DNA from: Dulcicalothrix desertica PCC 7102
Lineage (GTDB): Bacteria; Cyanobacteriota; Cyanobacteriia; Cyanobacteriales; Nostocaceae
Direction of reading: 5' to 3'
Assembly (NCBI RefSeq): GCF_003991905.1
Contig: NZ_RSCL01000015.1
Location: 1-64,000 of the forward strand
DNA length: 64,000 nt
In this document: positions 59,038 through 64,000 of the stretch, piece after piece
Position numbering within the stretch: the stretch's first letter is position 1
Layout: every line of letters starts with the position of its first letter
Notes under the pieces: generated by a model
The model's database searches: none
The model's input: only the letters and a program-made list of their open reading frames with translations
Told to the model about the DNA's origin: nothing
Made by a program: the position numbers and the translations under genes

Positions 59038-60879
59038 TTATCCTTTGTACGAAATTGTGTAAGTATCAGCGGATATTTCTATTAAGAAGTTGGTCAAGGA
59101 AAGTAGCTTAAGTATTTCTCGAACATCCTGTACTGATAATCTATTGCCATCATTAGTAAAATCCATAAAGTACCGACTCTTGCGAATATGTTCCACGGTA
59201 ACTTCCGATAATTCTTTTTGAATTAAATAACCTTTGACTGCATCTGCGAGTTTAATAATGTAATCAAAATGGCTGGCTTCATGGTTAGGTTGAGAGCTTG
59301 GTTTAAGAATTTCTTCGGTAAATTCCTCATCATGTAATATGTCAGAGGAAGTTTCGCTAATAACAGGTTCGTTGGTGGTTTTATTGGATTCCCAAAGCTT
59401 TCTATAATTTTGATATTCAGCGTAGACAGAACTAGGGACAACTCCCAAAGTCCAATTATTATAGTTACCAAGCACTATTGGTTCATCGGTGGCAACGTCT
59501 ATTGAATCAAGCTGAGATTTCAACAATGAGCGTTTACCATTGTCGCTAATCAAGAAATTATTTCCTAGGGCTAGTTCGATAAATTCTCTCTTGCCATTCT
59601 TCGCTAAGAATATCATATCACCCACAGAACGAGCAGAGGCACTGCCCATGAAAGGTAAATCTTGGACGTTTGATGAATGGCTACTGACAAAAACAGCGCT
59701 ATTATATTCTCGACCCACAAGCCAATATTCGTTAAGTAAAGTCATCAAGTGTTCGTACAGCGGTAAACAATCAAAAGACGCTTCGCTGGCTTCTTTCTTG
59801 CTGTCAAACACTGCATAATTTTCGGGGTTAATGAATTTACCTTTAGTACCAGTCTCAAGGTATTTTTGCATTGTTAGAAAATCATCCAAGAATAATCTGC
59901 TGATATTTCCTGTGTGACTTGTTGAACCATCAATGAATTTAATGATTTCAACAGCAGCGGTAACAGCACCAGATTTAACACTAATACATTTGTCAGATAC
60001 TCCGCGAAAAGCTTCTATATCGCTTTTCTTGACTACTACAGCTAGGCTTTTAAACTTTGACCCATATCGTTGTTTTAAAGCACCCCAAGCTGTACCAAGA
60101 AACGTTGTTTTACCGCTTCCTGGTGCAGCTAATATTACACAACCTCCAAGGACAGAATCATCGGCACGGTTAACTAGTGAATCTCTAATAGAGATTGCAT
60201 TAGCGAATAAATCAGTGTTGCATACCGGATTATTAGCGTTGAAACTATCTTTAGGACTATTTGCAGTAGATGTTAATATATTTGTTTTTTGAGCATCACC
60301 CACTGTTTGCTTCCCTTGAATTAAATCTAGTATTTGCAGCGGTTTTAATCGTAATGCACTAGCACAGTAAGTAAGTGCTGCATCCCAAGAATCCACACTT
60401 CGACCAATCAATTTATTTTCAAAAAGTTGTCCTGTAGATGCTTCATATAAACTTTCTAAGAAAATGTCAGTGCTGGTGCAATGCCATAACCCAGCCCAAT
60501 TATCGAGTGGTGCCTTGGATAAAGCAATCTCATATTTTTTCAATATTTCAATTACAGGTGTCTCAAGTTTATTCTTAAAAACAGAACCACCGACAGTTGC
60601 CAAAGTAAAAACACCAAGGATAGGTATCGCCACTGGTGTAATCATCAAACTAGCTGTTGCAAAAATTGCTGATGCAATCGATGTCCAACTCGTGAAATTT
60701 TTTGCGTTTTCTGCATCATTCTCGCGTTCGCTGATATTTCTACAAAGCTCACCTAAAAACTTTCTCTTTGATTCAAGCGAATCAACATCGTTAAATTGTA
60801 GCCCAGATTTAAATAATAGTTCAAAAGAATTTTTTCCTGATTCAGTCAGTGCCAGCGTTTTTACTGTTAAATTAGTCAT
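59038..60879 (-). CDS. P-loop NTPase with RecA/DnaB-like (AAA_25/RepA-like) core and N-terminal membrane-anchoring segment
   Basis: 613 aa; Walker A ILAAPGSGKTTFLG, Walker B RLFLDDF, downstream AVFVSSHSS (DnaB H3-like); hydrophobic stretch at residues 60-100. Confidence 0.45.
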   Translation of the reverse strand: MTNLTVKTLALTESGKNSFELLFKSGLQFNDVDSLESKRKFLGELCRNISERENDAENAKNFTSWTSIASAIFATASLMITPVAIPILGVFTLATVGGSVFKNKLETPVIEILKKYEIALSKAPLDNWAGLWHCTSTDIFLESLYEASTGQLFENKLIGRSVDSWDAALTYCASALRLKPLQILDLIQGKQTVGDAQKTNILTSTANSPKDSFNANNPVCNTDLFANAISIRDSLVNRADDSVLGGCVILAAPGSGKTTFLGTAWGALKQRYGSKFKSLAVVVKKSDIEAFRGVSDKCISVKSGAVTAAVEIIKFIDGSTSHTGNISRLFLDDFLTMQKYLETGTKGKFINPENYAVFDSKKEASEASFDCLPLYEHLMTLLNEYWLVGREYNSAVFVSSHSSNVQDLPFMGSASARSVGDMIFLAKNGKREFIELALGNNFLISDNGKRSLLKSQLDSIDVATDEPIVLGNYNNWTLGVVPSSVYAEYQNYRKLWESNKTTNEPVISETSSDILHDEEFTEEILKPSSQPNHEASHFDYIIKLADAVKGYLIQKELSEVTVEHIRKSRYFMDFTNDGNRLSVQDVREILKLLSLTNFLIEISADTYTISYKG

Positions 60880-60979
60880 ATGTTTATTTTTTTATAATTT
60901 CAAAGGTAGATATTTACGAATCTACCTTGATTTTTTATCTCAATGTATGATATATTAGGAATAAGCAACAGAATAAAGC

Positions 60980-61717
60980 CTAGAGCTTATATTTTTGTTC
61001 GGGTTCTTCGGAATCGCCTTCAATATTACCAAGCAAAGATATTGTGCTGGCAACAAACTTTAAAGCAAACTCAGGAGCAAACAAAGAAAGTACTCCAAGT
61101 ATTAAACCAAAAGGGTTAAAGTTACCGAGCAAAGTATAGGTAATCATCAGTGTCGTTTCGACAATGTAACTGATTCTACGCGCTGCTTTAAGGTTTTTGT
61201 GGTCATGAGACAACCATTGAGTTAAGCGCTGTTTTACAGAAACATCAGCGTCGGTTTCAAGGTTAGGATTCACGTTATTTTTTGAGTAATATTCCGCAAA
61301 TTGTCTGCTGATTTTCCACATCTCAGAACTAAGCTGAAAAGCATTCACGCAAACCCCGAAGAATAAACCAATAAAACCTGCCGAATAACCACCAATGGAA
61401 GATAACCCAAATAATCTACCGAACCATAACCCTAGTGCGTACCATTGACCAGTAGTCACGATTAAAACCACGCCAAATATAATGATTGACAGCAAACATG
61501 GCGTTGATGGTGAGCTAATAAATTTAATTGCGATAGAAAACAAGAAGACAGCAGTGTGTAAGCATTCGTGAAGAATCTCTGATAAAAGCGTTAGTAGTTT
61601 TCGGAGAATTCTAAATATTTTCTTGACAATTGCTGTAACTCCATCCCAGAATGTTTTTTTGGTTTTCTTTGCTGTATCACTTGATGAATTAGAACCAGGT
61701 TTATAATTTTGTTGCAT
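60980..61717 (-). CDS. Hypothetical integral membrane protein (245 aa, about 5 TM)
   Basis: ATG overlaps the stop of the upstream gene (TAATG). Confidence 0.4.
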   Translation of the reverse strand: MQQNYKPGSNSSSDTAKKTKKTFWDGVTAIVKKIFRILRKLLTLLSEILHECLHTAVFLFSIAIKFISSPSTPCLLSIIIFGVVLIVTTGQWYALGLWFGRLFGLSSIGGYSAGFIGLFFGVCVNAFQLSSEMWKISRQFAEYYSKNNVNPNLETDADVSVKQRLTQWLSHDHKNLKAARRISYIVETTLMITYTLLGNFNPFGLILGVLSLFAPEFALKFVASTISLLGNIEGDSEEPEQKYKL

Positions 61718-62220
61718 TAGTTGTCACCTTTCATTGATAATTGATTTTGAACTTCTTTTATACTGAAAATCCGTGTAACAGTTACCTCGCCATTCGAGTA
61801 AACAACATTAAGGAATTGTTTTGTTTTTGGTACGTAGACGCAACTTGTAGGAATCTTCCCGGTTTCTGTACCTTCGACTGCGATAACATCGTTTATTTTC
61901 AGCGGATAATTAGCTTTATTCTGCCAGCAGGTATCGCTCTTAACATGTTTCGCGATATTAACCAGCGCTCTCTGCCGTGAACTTATCGCTGTTTGCGAAG
62001 AAACATTCGCTGATATTTGCTGGGTCATTCCATAACTAAATATTGAGAAATTACCTAGCACTCCCACCAGAATAATTGTATTGAGATGTTTTTTTAAAGT
62101 TTGAATCATTGCGCTTATTCTTCGGTTAATTGATGGATTATTTTTTACATGTTCAAGAAACATCTGTGAACTGGTTACAGCCCCGCCAACAAATCCAACT
62201 TCGCTAGCGGCTGTAACCAT
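61717..62220 (-). CDS. Hypothetical membrane-anchored protein (167 aa)
   Basis: One TM helix (IILVGVLGNFSIFSY); translationally coupled to the next gene. Confidence 0.4.
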   Translation of the reverse strand: MVTAASEVGFVGGAVTSSQMFLEHVKNNPSINRRISAMIQTLKKHLNTIILVGVLGNFSIFSYGMTQQISANVSSQTAISSRQRALVNIAKHVKSDTCWQNKANYPLKINDVIAVEGTETGKIPTSCVYVPKTKQFLNVVYSNGEVTVTRIFSIKEVQNQLSMKGDN

Positions 62221-62231
62221 ATCTATAGACT

Positions 62232-62750
62232 TTAAGCAATGAGCTTTTTCTTGAACACTTGCATAAAAACCGCGAGTTCATCCTTGGCTGCAACTCCATC
62301 AGCTTGTAGTTTTACATCGTCGCCTAACAGCCCAGATACTTCTTGCAAAATGCCGCGTAATGTTTCACGCTCGTTTCTGTGTTCTTGCTGGAAATGTGCC
62401 GCTAGTTCTTTTTTCTTCTGATTGTGTATATGGATTATTGCTTGGTTTTCTACTTCAGCGATTGTTTCGTGGTACTGTAACCGCTCGACAATACTAAGCT
62501 TGATTTGATGCTCTAACACCTCGCTAGCAGTCAATACAATAGCCTTCTGATGTTCCAATGGCATATCTACTACATGTTCTATTGCAGTGGCTCCAATGCG
62601 CTTTGCATTAACTAGTTTGGTGATAATCTCGAACTCCGCATCAGTTAATTCTTTGACTGAATCCCAGTGATTGTTGGTTTCGGATAATATCATGCGGATT
62701 TCTTCAATAGATAACCCTGTTTCTGTCGAGACTTGATTAATGTTTTTCAT
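62232..62750 (-). CDS. Hypothetical helical protein (172 aa)
   Basis: ORF, acidic, coiled-coil-like. Confidence 0.35.
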   Translation of the reverse strand: MKNINQVSTETGLSIEEIRMILSETNNHWDSVKELTDAEFEIITKLVNAKRIGATAIEHVVDMPLEHQKAIVLTASEVLEHQIKLSIVERLQYHETIAEVENQAIIHIHNQKKKELAAHFQQEHRNERETLRGILQEVSGLLGDDVKLQADGVAAKDELAVFMQVFKKKLIA

Positions 62751-62786
62751 TTTGTAAAATCCTTTTTAGTAAATTTATTGAATGTT

Positions 62787-63107
62787 TTAGTGTTTGAACC
62801 CGGTTTGCTTCCGGTAAGCATACTTTGAAAAATCCGCTGGACTAGCTTTGATTTTGTCAACGATGAATTTCTTGTTCTTAAAAACTTTGAAGGCATCGTT
62901 AATTTGAATTAAAACCCAACATTGGTAGCGAGTCAGCGGTAAACGTTCTGTGTGAGTTTCGCGGTAATCCTCAATTAATATTTTTGCCATCCGCTGATAA
63001 CGATGCAAGGTAGCTGCACCCACGTTTAATATTTGTGATAAATCTTTACCGAGCGTAAACTCTGGTAAACTTGTAATGTCAAACTGTAATAAATCTGTTG
63101 ATAACAC
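62787..63107 (-). CDS. Putative HTH DNA-binding protein (Xis/MerR-like), first gene of the minus-strand array
   Basis: 106 aa; GKDLSQILNVGAATLHRYQRMA resembles an HTH; directly downstream of the operator-like repeats. Confidence 0.35.
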   Translation of the reverse strand: MLSTDLLQFDITSLPEFTLGKDLSQILNVGAATLHRYQRMAKILIEDYRETHTERLPLTRYQCWVLIQINDAFKVFKNKKFIVDKIKASPADFSKYAYRKQTGFKH

Positions 63108-63134
63108 CTGTGTTTTTTCTCCTGTGATTGTTTG

Positions 63135-63200
63135 ATGGAAGTTCGTGGAAGTTCGTGAAAGTTCGTGAGATATTCTCTTGGTTTATCCGTGAGATATTTA
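63135..63200. promoter_or_regulatory. Operator-like direct repeats GGAAGTTCGTG x3 and CGTGAGATATT x2
   Basis: Read directly, immediately upstream of the HTH gene start (63107). Confidence 0.5.
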
Positions 63201-63291
63201 ACAGTAAAAAAAACGAGATTTGATAATCGGTAATTGTTTGAAATGCGTCTCTGTTGTTTTTACGCTTCTGTTATTAGTTTACCACATTTAA

Positions 63292-63520
63292 GATGCAATG
63301 TGCAACTTAATAGAGATTTTTTTTGGCTAAAACCTTTGTTATTTAAAGGTTTTAGCAGTGATGCAATCAGCACATCAAAACTAAGTTTTTATTTAGAATA
63401 TAGCCATAGTAAAGGTTTCACCGATTAACCCACTGGGAAAATGCTAAGATTAATGCACTGATGCAAACTGCACATCAAAACTAAGGTTTACTTTTTTAGC
63501 TGATGCACAATGCTCACTTT
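63292..63520. promoter_or_regulatory. Divergent control region with two full copies of TGATGCAAnCnGCACATCAAAACTAAG plus two half-sites (GATGCAATGTGCAAC, TGATGCACAATGCTCAC)
   Basis: Read directly between the minus-strand array and the plus-strand RHH gene. Confidence 0.5.
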
Positions 63521-63760
63521 AAGGAAAACTATCTTGTAGATAAACCTATTAAAAATCTTATGTCTAATCAAAACACTGTTAAAAGAAGCACCATCAATAT
63601 ACCCACGAAAATCTACGGATTAATCCTTAGCCTATCCGCAAACCAAATTAGTTTTAGTTCCACAGTTGTCATGCTACTGACTGAAGCTCTAGAAGCCCGT
63701 GGTCTTATCGTTGATAAAATCGAACCAATCACTAAGGATGAACTTAAAGAAAAACCGTAA
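63503..63760 (+). CDS. Putative ribbon-helix-helix (CopG/Arc-like) DNA-binding protein
   Basis: KRSTINIPTKIYGLILSLSANQISFSSTVVMLLTEAL fits the beta-alpha-alpha RHH pattern; the start may be the internal Met (MSNQN). Confidence 0.35.
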   Translation: MHNAHFKENYLVDKPIKNLMSNQNTVKRSTINIPTKIYGLILSLSANQISFSSTVVMLLTEALEARGLIVDKIEPITKDELKEKP

Positions 63761-64000
63761 GCTTACTAAAAATGTTTATATATAAACAATAGCTGCGTAT
63801 TTACGGAGTTATTTTAGTATCTTTTTAGACATGTTTTCTCAAACCTTAATAGCTGCTTAGAATTTCGATACGGGGGGTTCCAAAACCCGTCCATAGCCCC
63901 CCTACTTTTTAAAGACTAATATAGTTGCTATGGACGGATTTTTTGCTTACTGTATAAGGCTTTCAGCGATTTAGCCCCTTGCAACGCTTGCAAGCTTTTT

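Larger units (their letters stand above)
56893..64000. mobile_element. Putative integrated element (left end and most of the body; the right end, integrase and intact target tRNA presumably lie beyond the window)
   Basis: The tRNA 3' fragment is followed by AT-rich DNA, iterons, operator-like repeats, RHH and HTH genes, and a RecA/DnaB-like P-loop NTPase; no housekeeping genes. Confidence 0.4.

Noticed and set aside
1-64000. CRISPR array
   Set aside because: All tandem repeats seen have units of 7-27 bp without unique spacers of CRISPR size; no cas genes

Overview
This 64 kb window reads as a chromosomal segment from a cyanobacterium, probably a filamentous Nostocales-like strain. This is an inference from gene content (a 2-oxoglutarate decarboxylase/SSADH pair, a pentapeptide-repeat protein, a Uma2 endonuclease, an FHA-GAF adenylate cyclase, DUF2232, heptamer tandem repeats). 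Core metabolism is interleaved with accessory and mobile-looking DNA.

Housekeeping and metabolic genes I can support:
- leuC and leuD
- speE, plus an arginase-family (agmatinase-like) ureohydrolase
- rbgA/ylqF
- a TPP enzyme + aldehyde dehydrogenase pair (the cyanobacterial TCA-cycle bypass)
- an SDR oxidoreductase with a divergent MerR regulator
- an SPFH protein
- a Na+/H+ antiporter fused to two Usp domains
- a Crp-family regulator
- a CobT-like/DUF2232 pair
- an FHA-GAF class III adenylate cyclase
- a TpsB-type outer-membrane transporter
- a 1296-aa Hsp70-like protein

A ~16 kb minus-strand cluster for Wzx/Wzy-dependent polysaccharide synthesis spans 31.6-47.0 kb: priming sugar transferase, Wzz, Wzy, Wzx, five tandem GT2 paralogs, GT14, WecG/TagA.

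Accessory and novel-looking parts:
1. 15.8-23.2 kb is AT-rich and holds perfect palindromes, a pC194-family rolling-circle Rep (HUH) gene, and a 1264-aa protein. That protein has an N-terminal sacsin/GHKL-like ATPase, three internal repeat modules and a C-terminal PD-(D/E)xK (DUF3883-like) nuclease. It is followed by an overlapping RHH-antitoxin/GNAT-toxin pair. I read this as a candidate defense locus sitting on a plasmid remnant.
2. 56.9-64.0 kb looks like the left end of an integrated element. It begins with a 3' tRNA fragment (att-like), then iteron-like direct repeats, a 7-gene minus-strand array (HTH protein, three unknowns, a membrane protein, a TM-anchored RecA/DnaB-like P-loop NTPase, two small unknowns) preceded by two operator-like repeat sets and a striking GGGGCGG repeat cluster, and a divergent RHH gene.

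Genome-wide peculiarities visible in the window:
- The palindrome GGCGCC is extremely over-represented, roughly one per 300-500 bp in every context, while HIP1 (GCGATCGC) is absent.
- There are two families of small dispersed palindromic (MITE-like) repeats.
- Two abutting but structurally defective tRNA-like genes lie next to a 27-bp x5 tandem repeat.

No CRISPR array or rRNA is present.
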